Below, piece by piece: positions 19,479 through 28,233 of a stretch of 64,000 nt of DNA (position 1 is its first letter; the number at the start of each line of letters is the position of its first letter). A model generated the notes under the pieces. It had not been told where the DNA came from and did no database searches. It worked only from the letters and a program-made list of their open reading frames with translations. The stretch comes from Polaromonas sp. (GTDB lineage: Bacteria > Pseudomonadota > Gammaproteobacteria > Burkholderiales > Burkholderiaceae_C): assembly GCA_043766985.1 (NCBI GenBank), contig JAYUHM010000234.1:2494-66493 (forward strand), in the 5' to 3' direction. A program made the translations under genes and the position numbers.

Positions 19479-20543
19479 ATGAAACACACAATGGCCTCGG
19501 CCTTGAAATCAAAACTACCTGCAGGTCAGCGATTAGGCCCAGTGACGCTGGAAATGGTGGCACAGATTGCCGGCGTATCACCTAGCACGGTATCGCGCAT
19601 CCTTAACGGGACGGCCGTGGTGAGCGATGCCAAAAAGCAATCTGTCGATGCTGCTATCGCGCAGCTAGGCTTTGTTCCAAATCCGATTGCCCGCGGGCTG
19701 GCTGGTGGACGCACGCACAGTATCGGCGTCATTACGCAGGCAATAGACAGCCCGTTTTACGGTGCAACGCTGCGCGGCATTGAGGATGTGTTGGATCCTG
19801 CTGGGTACAGCCCGCTTTTTATCAGTGGGCACTGGGACGCCGACAAAGAGGCTCGCTGCATAGACGTGCTTCGATCGCGCAGGGTCGATGGCATTATCGT
19901 GCTGACTGGTCGATTAAGCGATCAGGCCTTGAAGACCTGCGCTAAATCACTTCCCGTAGTGGTTACAGGACGAACACTGAAAGCAGCGAACCTTTTTGCC
20001 TTGAACTTTGACAACTTTGAAGGTGGCAAGCTGGCAACCCAGCATTTGATCGAACTTGGCCACAAGCACATTGCATTTATTGCGGGTGCCCCAGAGCACC
20101 CCGATTCGGACGAGCGTATGCGCGGCTATCAATCAGCATTAGCGGCAGCTGGTATTGCCTATGACCCGACGCTCAGCGTTACTGGTGAGTACCATGAGGG
20201 CAGCGGCCTTTCGGCCGTAAACCTGCTACTCAAAGGGCGGCAGCCTTTCACCGCAATTTTTGCGGCCAACGACCAGATGGCGATGGGAGCAGCGCTCGGG
20301 TTGTACCGCAACGGCATTCGGATTCCTGATGATGTATCTCTCGTGGGTTTTGACGATTTGCATATGTCAAGCTATGCAACCCCTCCGCTCAGCACAGTCC
20401 ATCACCCATCACAAGAGCTGGGGCGCCTGGCTGCACTGGCCATGCTGGAGCTACTGGCCGGCACAAAACCTAAGACCGAAATGCCCGCCCCAAGTTTGAT
20501 TGCCCGAGAATCCAGTAGTGTGAATATGCGCCAGCCAGCATAA
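19479..20543 (+). CDS. LacI-family transcriptional regulator
   Basis: N-terminal HTH (VTLEMVAQIAGVSPSTVSRILNG) plus a periplasmic-binding-protein-like sugar-binding core. Confidence 0.9.
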   Translation: MKHTMASALKSKLPAGQRLGPVTLEMVAQIAGVSPSTVSRILNGTAVVSDAKKQSVDAAIAQLGFVPNPIARGLAGGRTHSIGVITQAIDSPFYGATLRGIEDVLDPAGYSPLFISGHWDADKEARCIDVLRSRRVDGIIVLTGRLSDQALKTCAKSLPVVVTGRTLKAANLFALNFDNFEGGKLATQHLIELGHKHIAFIAGAPEHPDSDERMRGYQSALAAAGIAYDPTLSVTGEYHEGSGLSAVNLLLKGRQPFTAIFAANDQMAMGAALGLYRNGIRIPDDVSLVGFDDLHMSSYATPPLSTVHHPSQELGRLAALAMLELLAGTKPKTEMPAPSLIARESSSVNMRQPA

Positions 20544-20590
20544 TTGGTGCTACCAAGACAAAGTCGCTACAGCCGCAGAGCCGGGATGTT

Positions 20591-20624
20591 AACGACAAAG
20601 CCCAATAATGTAGACAGCGCAGAC
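20591..20624 (-). repeat. Dispersed repeat, degenerate copy J (intergenic)
   Basis: The minus strand reads GTCTGCGCTGTCTACATTATTGGGCTTTGTCGTT. Confidence 0.45.
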
Positions 20625-20631
20625 AACAAAA

Positions 20632-20666
20632 AAGCCCATCAAGAACTTTAAGTTATTGATGGGCTT
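20632..20666. terminator. Bidirectional rho-independent terminator
   Basis: 11-bp stem AAGCCCATCAA/TTGATGGGCTT flanked by an A-run (left) and a T-rich run (right). It lies between the LacI gene and tRNA-Asn. Confidence 0.7.
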
Positions 20667-20674
20667 GATATTTT

Positions 20675-20750
20675 TGGCTCCTCGACCTGGGCTCGAACCA
20701 GGGACCTACGGATTAACAGTCCGGCGCTCTACCAACTGAGCTATCGAGGA
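20675..20750 (-). tRNA. tRNA-Asn (anticodon GTT)
   Basis: 76-nt cloverleaf read on the minus strand: TCCTCGATAGCTCAGTTGGTAGAGCGCCGGACTGTTAATCCGTAGGTCCCTGGTTCGAGCCCAGGTCGAGGAGCCA. Anticodon loop CTGTTAA, encoded CCA. Confidence 0.95.
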
Positions 20751-20788
20751 ACATAAGCCCTAAATTATAGCTTGGAAATGGCCACTTT

Positions 20789-22951
20789 TTAAAGGCTAAC
20801 GTTCAAACCGACGCGAACAGTGCGCTCTTGCTGGGGGAACAGGTACACATGGCCGAACTGGAAAGGCGATTCTTTGAAGAATTGCTTGTTGAGCAGGTTG
20901 TCAATACCCAGCGTCCAGGTGGCCTGGGCTGTGCCCATTTTGTGGCCATAGCTCAGGCCAGCGTCTACGCGCGTCCAGGCGGGCAGGGTGATGCTGCCGT
21001 CGGGCAGCACGCTGCGCTTGCCTTCGTGCGAGAGGTGGGCGTTTGCGGCCAGGCCGGGCAAGCTGGCGAAGCGGTAGCCTGCGTTCAGGCGGGCAATCGC
21101 GTTGGGCACGTTGGTGGGGCGTTGGCCGTTCAGCGCCGTGTTAACAACGGCATCTTGCTGCGTGGCGCGGATGGTCGATACAGAGCCGCCTAGCTGCCAA
21201 GAGCCTAGCTGGCACTGGGCGGTGGCTTCCAGGCCTTGGTGGCGCTGTTGGCCGTCAAACTCAACGGTGCCGCCCGAGTCGACGGCCAGTGGTCGAGTGA
21301 TACTGAACCATGCCAGGCTCCACTGCACATCAGCCATGTTGGACTTGATGCCCAGCTCGGTTTGGCGGCTGCGCAAAGCAGGCAATGGCTGACCCGCTTT
21401 GGCACCGTAAGCCGGCAAATTAGGCACTACACGCGACTCAATACCATGGCCGTGGCTGGCGTAGAGCAACGTGTTAGGCGCTGCCTGAAAGCCGATGGCT
21501 GCCCATGGCGTGTTGATGCTCTGGCTGTACTGGGTGCTAACGGTGGGGTTGCTGGTAGCGCGGTTAAGTGCGGTGTGGCGCAGGCCTAGCCAGGTGCTGA
21601 ACTGGGTGTTCCACTGGATGGCGTCTGATACTGATAGCTCGGTGGAGCGGTTGTCGCGTTGGGTGTAATCGGCTAAGGGGCTCGGGTCGGCAGCAACTTG
21701 CGTGGGCGTGAACAGATTGAGGGTGCCTACAGGGTTGAAGGCGTTCATTTCGCCGCGCTCTTTGTAGTTGCTGCGCAATATGCCTAAGCTGAGGTCGTGC
21801 TTGATGCCTGCAGTGTCCAGCTTGCCTCTCAGTTGCAATTGCAGGGCGTTGGTCGTGCGGCGTTCGTTTTCGCTGCGGAAGTCATAGAGGTCGTAGTCGC
21901 CGTTGGCGGCGTATCTGTCACATGCACCTACGCCATAACAGTCAGCGCCAAACGGAAAAGCCACGCGGTCTTGCGACTTCAGCCGCTGCGTACCCACTTG
22001 CGCAGACCAGCGCCAGTCATTGCTCAGCGCCTGCTCAAAGCGCAAACTGGCCGTGGTGCCTTGCAGCTCTACAGGCAAGCTCCAAGGCTGGGTGTTGATG
22101 TTGATGCGCGGGTTGGCTGCTGGCAATGTGTTGCCTAGCAGGCTCAGGCCGGGCACGCTGGGCTGGCTGCGCCTGGAGTATTCCACCTCGGCCTCCAGCA
22201 GGCTGTCTTTGCCGATGCGCCAGTCCATGGCCAAGGCGGCAAGCTCGCGATTGCCTTTGGTGCTGGGGGTGGGTGTATTGAGTTTTTCAGCCGCTACGTT
22301 AAAGCGGTAGCCAAACACGTCGTCATTGCCAAATCTGCCGCCTAAATCGGCAGAAGCCCCTAATGCGCCGCCACTGGCCGCTTCAATTTTGATAGTGCGT
22401 AGTGGCTGTGCCGTGGGCCGCTTAACAGCATAGTTAACCAAACCACCGGGCGCGCTGGTGCCGGCCTGGATACCGCTGGTGCCTTTGAGAATTTCTACGC
22501 GCTCTTTGTTGTCCAGCGGGATAAAGGTCTCGGCGCTGATGGGCAAACCCTCGCGGCGGTAGTTAAATTTGTTGTCCAGTACAAAGCCGCGTACCGTGGC
22601 GTAGTCCCAGTAACCGATGGCGTTGTAGGCGTCAGACGTGGAGGCGTCCAGTTTGATGACGTCGGCCAAACGCTTGGCACCCAGGGCGTTGATCTGCTGC
22701 GCGCCAATGACGGTGGTGCTGATAGGTGTGCGCTGCAACGGCGCGTCGCCAAAGCCCGTAATGTCGCTTTGCGCGTTGGCCGTGGGTGCGGAGATGGTGA
22801 CGGGTTTAAGCGTCGCCTCGTTGGCCGCTGCCGGGCTGGCGGGGGCTGCAGGCGTGGTTTGCGCTGAGGCTGTGTTGGCTATTAAAATAATAGCAGCTTG
22901 TGCTATTAAACAGAGGGCAGGAGCCTTGTTTGGTTTATAAAAATGTGTCAT
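20789..22951 (-). CDS. TonB-dependent outer-membrane receptor, probably for thiamine or a thiamine precursor
   Basis: 720-aa ORF with a signal peptide, a plug domain (VEILKGTSGIQAGTSAPGGLVNY), a beta-barrel and a terminal aromatic-type end. A TPP riboswitch lies in its leader. Confidence 0.85.
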   Translation of the reverse strand: MTHFYKPNKAPALCLIAQAAIILIANTASAQTTPAAPASPAAANEATLKPVTISAPTANAQSDITGFGDAPLQRTPISTTVIGAQQINALGAKRLADVIKLDASTSDAYNAIGYWDYATVRGFVLDNKFNYRREGLPISAETFIPLDNKERVEILKGTSGIQAGTSAPGGLVNYAVKRPTAQPLRTIKIEAASGGALGASADLGGRFGNDDVFGYRFNVAAEKLNTPTPSTKGNRELAALAMDWRIGKDSLLEAEVEYSRRSQPSVPGLSLLGNTLPAANPRININTQPWSLPVELQGTTASLRFEQALSNDWRWSAQVGTQRLKSQDRVAFPFGADCYGVGACDRYAANGDYDLYDFRSENERRTTNALQLQLRGKLDTAGIKHDLSLGILRSNYKERGEMNAFNPVGTLNLFTPTQVAADPSPLADYTQRDNRSTELSVSDAIQWNTQFSTWLGLRHTALNRATSNPTVSTQYSQSINTPWAAIGFQAAPNTLLYASHGHGIESRVVPNLPAYGAKAGQPLPALRSRQTELGIKSNMADVQWSLAWFSITRPLAVDSGGTVEFDGQQRHQGLEATAQCQLGSWQLGGSVSTIRATQQDAVVNTALNGQRPTNVPNAIARLNAGYRFASLPGLAANAHLSHEGKRSVLPDGSITLPAWTRVDAGLSYGHKMGTAQATWTLGIDNLLNKQFFKESPFQFGHVYLFPQQERTVRVGLNVSL
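22886..22926 (+). repeat. Dispersed repeat, copy A (inside the TonB receptor signal-peptide codons)
   Basis: AATAATAGCAGCTTGTGCTATTAAACAGAGGGCAGGAGCC, read on the gene strand as LIAQAAIILIA. Confidence 0.7.
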
Positions 22952-23061
22952 AACGTGCTTTCAAGGCGTTACAACAGGTCGGCATGCGGAGCGGCTACCC
23001 CAGACAGCTACGAGAATGCGGCTGCGCGGGTGCGAGCGGTAGAGAAACCACCCAACTCATA

Positions 23062-23152
23062 TACAAGCTTCCCTGCGCGAGGATTACCTCAGTCAGGTTC
23101 AAAGGGACTTTCTCAGTCGCACACCTCTCGATGCACAACACCCCTAGCGGTT
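23062..23152 (-). promoter_or_regulatory. TPP (THI-element) riboswitch
   Basis: The minus strand reads CUAGGGGUG...GCGACUGAGAAAGUCCCUUUGAACCUGACUGAGGUAAUCCUCGCGCAGGGAAGC. This matches the conserved GGGGUG, CUGAGA, CCCUUUGAACCUGA, GGUAAU-CC-GCG and AGGGAA blocks, and sits about 110 nt upstream of the receptor ATG. Confidence 0.85.
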
Positions 23153-23191
23153 GCTTTGTTGCCAAAGCAGCGTGTATTTTAAAGGGAAAAT

Positions 23192-23224
23192 AAAAAAGGC
23201 CGACTTATAGATCGGCCTTTTTTT
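23192..23224. terminator. Bidirectional rho-independent terminator
   Basis: 8-bp stem AAGGCCGA/TCGGCCTT with A- and T-runs on either side, directly downstream of the reductase gene. Confidence 0.75.
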
Positions 23225-23241
23225 GCAACACTAAAGCAGGT

Positions 23242-24342
23242 TCAATCAAACACCGGCGACTCCACACCCAGCACCTTGTGCAGCTTGGGCGAGGTGGTGG
23301 TGTATTGCAAATGCACCTTCTTGTCCGGGAAGATGAACGGCATGGAGCCAAAAGCGGCCAACGCGCATTCGTGGAAGCCACTCAGGATGAGCTTCTTTTT
23401 GCCGGGGTAGGTGTTGATGTCGCCCACGGCGAAGATGCCGGGGGTGTTGGTGCTGAACTTCTCGGTGTCCACCTTGAGCTGCTTACGCTCGATCTCCAGG
23501 CTCCAGTGGGCAATCGGGCCCAGCTTGGGGGACAGGCCGAAGAAGACCAGCAGCATGTCTAGCGGCATCAGGCGGGTTACGCCATCGCCGCCGGTTACTT
23601 TCACGCCGGTCATCTTGCCGTCTTTTTCTTCGATGTCGGTGATCTGGCCGACGGTAAACTGCATTTCGTGCGCGTCGCACATGGCTTTCATTTTGGCTAC
23701 GCTGGCTGGCGCGGCCTTGAAGCCATCGCGGCGGTGCAGCAAGATGACGGATTCGGCTTTGTTCGGGCCTTCCTGCGCAAAGTTCAGCGCCCAGTCCAGG
23801 GCCGAGTCGCCACCGCCGACGATGACGAGGTTTTTGTCTTTAAACTGCTCTGGGCTGCGCACGCGGTAATGCAACTGCGTGTCTTGGTAAGCCTCAATAC
23901 CATCGACCTTGAGTGTGCGCGGCTGAAAGGCACCTACGCCAGCGGCGATGAAAATGGTTTTGGTGAGAAACTTGGTGCCCTTGCTGGTCTCGACGAAGAA
24001 GCGGCCATCAGTTTGCTTTTCTACCGTGGTGACTTCTTGGCCATAGTGAAAGGTCGCGCCAAAAGGGGCGATCTGCTTGAGCAGGCTGTCGGTCAGCTCT
24101 TTGCCAGTGCACACCGGCACGGCAGGAATGTCGTAGATGGGCTTGTCAGGGTACAGCTCTATGCACTGGCCACCGGGGTAGGCCAGGCTGTCGATGACGT
24201 GGGCCTTCACCTCCAGCAATCCCAGTTCAAACACCTGAAACAAGCCGACCGGGCCTGCACCTATGATGACCGCATCGGTCTCGATAGGGCCGTCATGCTG
24301 CGCGGCGGTGTTGATGACTTCTTGATTCAATTGTGGTTCCAT
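23242..24342 (-). CDS. Ferredoxin-NADP(+) reductase, thioredoxin-reductase-like type
   Basis: 366-aa ORF with an FAD motif ([10 protein letters not shown]), an NADPH motif ([11 protein letters not shown]) and [19 protein letters not shown], typical of TrxR-like FNRs. Confidence 0.75.
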   Translation of the reverse strand: MEPQLNQEVINTAAQHDGPIETDAVIIGAGPVGLFQVFELGLLEVKAHVIDSLAYPGGQCIELYPDKPIYDIPAVPVCTGKELTDSLLKQIAPFGATFHYGQEVTTVEKQTDGRFFVETSKGTKFLTKTIFIAAGVGAFQPRTLKVDGIEAYQDTQLHYRVRSPEQFKDKNLVIVGGGDSALDWALNFAQEGPNKAESVILLHRRDGFKAAPASVAKMKAMCDAHEMQFTVGQITDIEEKDGKMTGVKVTGGDGVTRLMPLDMLLVFFGLSPKLGPIAHWSLEIERKQLKVDTEKFSTNTPGIFAVGDINTYPGKKKLILSGFHECALAAFGSMPFIFPDKKVHLQYTTTSPKLHKVLGVESPVFD

Positions 24343-24362
24343 AATGTCTTATTACCTAAATC

Positions 24363-24692
24363 TCAGCGCTCCAGCAATGCCAGCTTAGGCATCACGTCTT
24401 TCCATTCATCCGCATCAGCGGGTGCAGGTTTGCGCTTGGTGATGCTTTTCCAGCCCGCTTTTTGCGACAACTCAACGTTGAGCTTGATAAAGTGCAACTG
24501 GTCTGGCGGTGCGTCTTCTTCGGCGTAAATGGCGTTGACGGGGCACTCGGGGATGCACACGGCGCAGTCGATGCATTCATCGGGGTCGATGACAAGCATG
24601 TTGGGGCCTTCGCGGAAGCAGTCTACGGGGCATACATCGACGCAGTCGGTGTATTTGCATTTGATACAGGCTTCAGTAACGATGTGGGTCAT
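24363..24692 (-). CDS. fdxA: 7Fe ferredoxin
   Basis: 109-aa ORF with [18 protein letters not shown] and [12 protein letters not shown] cluster motifs (Azotobacter-type ferredoxin I). Confidence 0.9.
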   Translation of the reverse strand: MTHIVTEACIKCKYTDCVDVCPVDCFREGPNMLVIDPDECIDCAVCIPECPVNAIYAEEDAPPDQLHFIKLNVELSQKAGWKSITKRKPAPADADEWKDVMPKLALLER

Positions 24693-24790
24693 TTTTTAGC
24701 TTCGTGAGGTCAGTCAGGGTGAATACACCGAGCGCGGCAGGTGTAAACCCTTGATTTTATTGGGTTTTGGCTATCTTTTGCAGGAGGGGC

Positions 24791-26047
24791 TTAACTAATC
24801 AACACTGCGCCTGATGTTTTATGGCTGGCGGTGTCTACCAAGATCAGCGCACCCAGGGTTTTGGACTGCGCATAGGGCAGGGTGGCCAGCGGCTCTTGCA
24901 GGCTGATCTCGATGTCGCCAATCTCGTTGGGGGCCAGCTCAGTAGCATCTTCCTCAGCCAAGGTGTTGACGTTGAGCCGGTGCGTGATGCGCGCCACTTT
25001 GGCCTTGACCCAGCGGTGGCCGTGCAGGGCCCAGTAGGTGCGGCCCGCCACCAGGGGCACGTCGTCCATCCAGGCAATAGTGCCGCTGATATTGCGGCTA
25101 GGCTCAAAAGCGCCGGGTGCCAGCAGCCAGTCGCCACGCGAGACGTCTACCTCGCGGTCCAGCACAATGCCTGCACTTAGGCCAGCCTGCACGCCTTTGG
25201 GGATGCGGGCGTGGTCTAGCACCTGGGCTACCTTGGCGGTTTGGCCGCTGGGCAGCACGGTAACTTCTTGGCCCACCTGCACGCCACCGGTAGCCACACG
25301 GCCCCAGAAGACGCGGCGGCCTTGGGAGGTGTCGGATGAACTGGAGAACTTCTCTACCCACTGCACGGGGAAGCTTAAGGGTAACTGCGCTTCGTTACTG
25401 GCATTGGGTAGTTGCTCTAATATAGATAGCAAACTATCGCCATGGTATGTGGGGAAAGCATCGTTTTTTTCTACCACATTGCTGCCGTGCAGCGCCGAGA
25501 TAGGCACGGTGGCGGCCACGTCAATGCCTGCGTGGCTGGCAAACGCGGCCAGCGCAGCGCTGATGTTTTTGAACGCCAGGGCAGAGTCGTCCACCGCGTC
25601 CAGCTTGTTGATGGCAAACACCACGCTGGGCACGCGCAGCAGGTGCACCAGCAGGCTGTGGCGGCGGGTTTGTGGCAGTAGTTGCAGGGCAGGGTTTTTC
25701 CAGTCCAGCTTGGTGGCGTCCACCAGCACCACAGCGGCATCGGCACTGCTGGCCGCGGTAACCATGTTGCGGGTGTACTGCTCATGCCCAGGGGCGTCCC
25801 CAATGATGAACTTGCGGCTGGGCGTTGAAAAATAGCGGTAGGCCACGTCAATGGTGATGCATTGCTCACGTTCAGCGCTCAGGCCATCGGTGAACAGCGC
25901 CAAGTCAGCGGTGCCGCTTTTGGACACTCCAGCCAGTTGGTCTTGCAACACGGCTTTGCTGTCGATCAACAATCTGCCGATGAGGGTGGACTTGCCATCG
26001 TCTACGCTGCCGCAGGTGATGAATTTCAAAGTGGAAAGGTTATTCAT
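24791..26047 (-). CDS. cysN: Sulfate adenylyltransferase subunit 1 (GTPase), without a fused APS-kinase domain
   Basis: G1 GSVDDGKST, G3 DAPGHEQY and G4 NKLD motifs; 418 aa. Confidence 0.9.
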   Translation of the reverse strand: MNNLSTLKFITCGSVDDGKSTLIGRLLIDSKAVLQDQLAGVSKSGTADLALFTDGLSAEREQCITIDVAYRYFSTPSRKFIIGDAPGHEQYTRNMVTAASSADAAVVLVDATKLDWKNPALQLLPQTRRHSLLVHLLRVPSVVFAINKLDAVDDSALAFKNISAALAAFASHAGIDVAATVPISALHGSNVVEKNDAFPTYHGDSLLSILEQLPNASNEAQLPLSFPVQWVEKFSSSSDTSQGRRVFWGRVATGGVQVGQEVTVLPSGQTAKVAQVLDHARIPKGVQAGLSAGIVLDREVDVSRGDWLLAPGAFEPSRNISGTIAWMDDVPLVAGRTYWALHGHRWVKAKVARITHRLNVNTLAEEDATELAPNEIGDIEISLQEPLATLPYAQSKTLGALILVDTASHKTSGAVLIS

Positions 26048-26076
26048 AGTGAATGTCTTTTAAGTCGGACTTCCGG

Positions 26077-26115
26077 TACGCGAAGGACGCGAAAGTTACG
26101 CGAAGGACGCGAAAG
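26077..26115. repeat. Direct tandem repeat in the cysD-cysN spacer
   Basis: TACGCGAAGGACGCGAAAG occurs twice (26077-26095 and 26097-26115). Each copy is itself built from two ACGCGAARG units. Confidence 0.8.
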
Positions 26116-26126
26116 GAATAAAAAAA

Positions 26127-27074
26127 TTAAAAATAGCCTTCTTTTTTACGCTTTTCCATCGAAGCCTCGGAAGTTTTGTCGTCCATACGGGTAGCGCCGC
26201 GCTCGCTCACGTCTACGGTCAGCGTTTCAATCACAATTTCAGCGGCTGTAGCAGCCAGGCTTTCTACCGGGCAGGTGCAGGTAATGTCGCCTACGGTGCG
26301 AAAGCGCACGTCTTTGGTCACTACCGTTTCGCCATCACGCGGCGGGGTCAGGTGCGTTACCGGCACCAATAGGCCTTTGCGTTCGATCACTTCACGCGGG
26401 TGCGAGTAGTAGATGGAAGGCAGGGCGATTTTTTCGCGTTCGATGTATTGCCACACGTCCAGCTCGGTCCAGTTGCTGATGGGGAACACGCGGAAGTGCT
26501 CACCCTGCTGCAAGCGGGTATTAAAGGCAGTCCACAGCTCGGGGCGCTGGCTTTTGGGTTGCCATTGGCCAAAGCTGTCGCGGTGGCTGAAAATGCGCTC
26601 TTTGGCGCGGGCTTTTTCTTCGTCGCGGCGGGCGCCGCCGATGAGCGCGTCAAACTGGAATTCTTCAATGGCCTCCAGCAAGGTCACGCTTTGGTGCACA
26701 TTGCGCGACTCGCCTTCATGGGCCAGGCGCACGGTGCCACGCGCCATGCTGTCTTCTACGCTGCGCACAATCAGTTTGGCTTGCAGCTCGGCAGCGCGGC
26801 TGTCTCGAAAATCGGTCACTTCGGTAAAGTTGTGGCCCGTGTCGATCATCAAGAGCGGGTAGGGAATGCGGCCTGCACCAAAGGCTTTCTCAGCGCACTT
26901 GAGCATGACCAGCGAGTCTTTGCCGCCAGAGAACAGCAGCGTAGGGCGCTCAAACGCGGCGGCGACTTCGCGCAGGATGAAGATGGTTTCTTCTTCCAGC
27001 GCGTCAAGGTGGTGGTTAGACAGGTGGGCTAGCAAATCAGGCTCTAAAAGTTGTTTTTCGGTACGTGCGTTCAT
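26127..27074 (-). CDS. cysD: Sulfate adenylyltransferase subunit 2
   Basis: PAPS-reductase-fold motif LLFSGGKDS. The ATG at 27074 overlaps the cysH stop (ATGA coupling); the track start at 27161 is an upstream extension. Confidence 0.9.
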   Translation of the reverse strand: MNARTEKQLLEPDLLAHLSNHHLDALEEETIFILREVAAAFERPTLLFSGGKDSLVMLKCAEKAFGAGRIPYPLLMIDTGHNFTEVTDFRDSRAAELQAKLIVRSVEDSMARGTVRLAHEGESRNVHQSVTLLEAIEEFQFDALIGGARRDEEKARAKERIFSHRDSFGQWQPKSQRPELWTAFNTRLQQGEHFRVFPISNWTELDVWQYIEREKIALPSIYYSHPREVIERKGLLVPVTHLTPPRDGETVVTKDVRFRTVGDITCTCPVESLAATAAEIVIETLTVDVSERGATRMDDKTSEASMEKRKKEGYF

Positions 27075-27823
27075 GCGGCCTCCGCAATGGGAATTATCTT
27101 TGATGTCTTGGCGGAGTCTACGTGCAGGCCACATTCTTTGGCAGCCTCTTGCTCCCACCACCAGCGGCCAGAGCGAATGTCTTCACCTAGGGTAACGGCG
27201 CGCGTGCAGGGCGCGCAGCCGATGCTGGGGTAAAACTGGTCGTGCAGCGCGTTATAGGGCACTTTGCGGGTGGCGATGTAGTGCCACACGTCGCCGTTGG
27301 TCCAATCGACCAAGGGGTTGACTTTGGCGCGCAACGGTTGCTCTTCGATACCCAGCACTTCGGCCCGGGCGTTGGACTGCTCGCGGCGCAGGCCGGTGAT
27401 CCAGGCTTTTTTGCCCTCCAGGGCAATGTCCAGCGGTACCATTTTGCGGATGTCGCAGCAGGCTTTGCGCAGTTCGATGGTTTTGTACATCGCCTCAGGG
27501 CCGTTAGCCGCTTCAAACGCTTGGGCCACTGCAGCTTCGGGTTCATACACGCGCACCACGCGGTCGATGCCGTAGGTGGTTTGCACTGTGGCGAGTAAGG
27601 CCAAGGTTTCTGCATGCAATTTTCCGGTTTGCAACACAAACACTTCACTGTCCAGCTGCAAGGCGTGCAGCAAATCGGTGATGACCATGTCCTCGGCGCC
27701 CAGGCTGGAGGCTTGGGTGATGGGTTGAAACCGTTCGGTCGCGCTGCGCAGCAGGGCCTCAGTGGCGGCCAGCTTGGCTGCAAAATCTGCCGATGGTTTG
27801 GCGTACAGGCTGATGGCGCTCAT
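27071..27823 (-). CDS. cysH: Adenylyl-sulfate (APS) / PAPS reductase, Fe-S-cluster type
   Basis: ECGLH motif plus the CC (KACCDIRK) and CxxC (GCAPCTRA) cysteines typical of 4Fe-4S APS reductases. Confidence 0.85.
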   Translation of the reverse strand: MSAISLYAKPSADFAAKLAATEALLRSATERFQPITQASSLGAEDMVITDLLHALQLDSEVFVLQTGKLHAETLALLATVQTTYGIDRVVRVYEPEAAVAQAFEAANGPEAMYKTIELRKACCDIRKMVPLDIALEGKKAWITGLRREQSNARAEVLGIEEQPLRAKVNPLVDWTNGDVWHYIATRKVPYNALHDQFYPSIGCAPCTRAVTLGEDIRSGRWWWEQEAAKECGLHVDSAKTSKIIPIAEAA

Positions 27824-28221
27824 GCTGCAGCCCTCGCAAACCCGGGCTGTGCGTGTGCGGCATCGCCTTGGTAAAAGCCTGCGTACTGGGTTAAGAGTGC
27901 TTGGCCATGCGCCGCGTCTTGGTCATCGCGCAGCACTGCACTGCTAAAGCCAGTGCGCTGCATTTGCACCAGCTGGTCAATCAGCACGTCGCCGGTAGCG
28001 CGAATCTCACCTTTGAAGCCATGGCGACGGCGCAGTTGCACGGCCTGGCTGTAGGCGCGGCCATCGCTGAACTTGGGGAAGTGCAGCTCAACCGCCTGCG
28101 CGCTGGCAAGCTGCTCTTGCAGGGTGTCTACATCGGTGTCATTGCTGATTGTTATGGTATTTTGGCCTGCAGCCGCCTGTTCAACAGCACAAGCTGCTAT
28201 TAAATTTATAGTTTGTGACAT
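27820..28221 (-). CDS. DUF934 protein associated with sulfite reduction
   Basis: Conserved FPKFSDGRAYSQAVQLRRRHGFKGEIRATGDVLIDQL block and an AAGGAG RBS. The first ~20 codons are encoded by a copy of the dispersed repeat. Confidence 0.75.
   Translation of the reverse strand: MSQTINLIAACAVEQAAAGQNTITISNDTDVDTLQEQLASAQAVELHFPKFSDGRAYSQAVQLRRRHGFKGEIRATGDVLIDQLVQMQRTGFSSAVLRDDQDAAHGQALLTQYAGFYQGDAAHAQPGFARAAA
28164..28205 (-). repeat. Dispersed repeat, copy B (first codons of the DUF934 gene)
   Basis: The minus strand reads AATAGCAGCTTGTGCTGTTGAACAGGCGGCTGCAGGCC, encoding LIAACAVEQAAAGQ. Confidence 0.7.
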
Positions 28222-28233
28222 GCGGTTAACTCC

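Noticed and set aside
20544-20790. tRNA-Asn as an integration site for a genomic island
   Set aside because: There is no integrase and I noticed no direct repeat of the tRNA 3' end in the window. The flanking genes look chromosomal.
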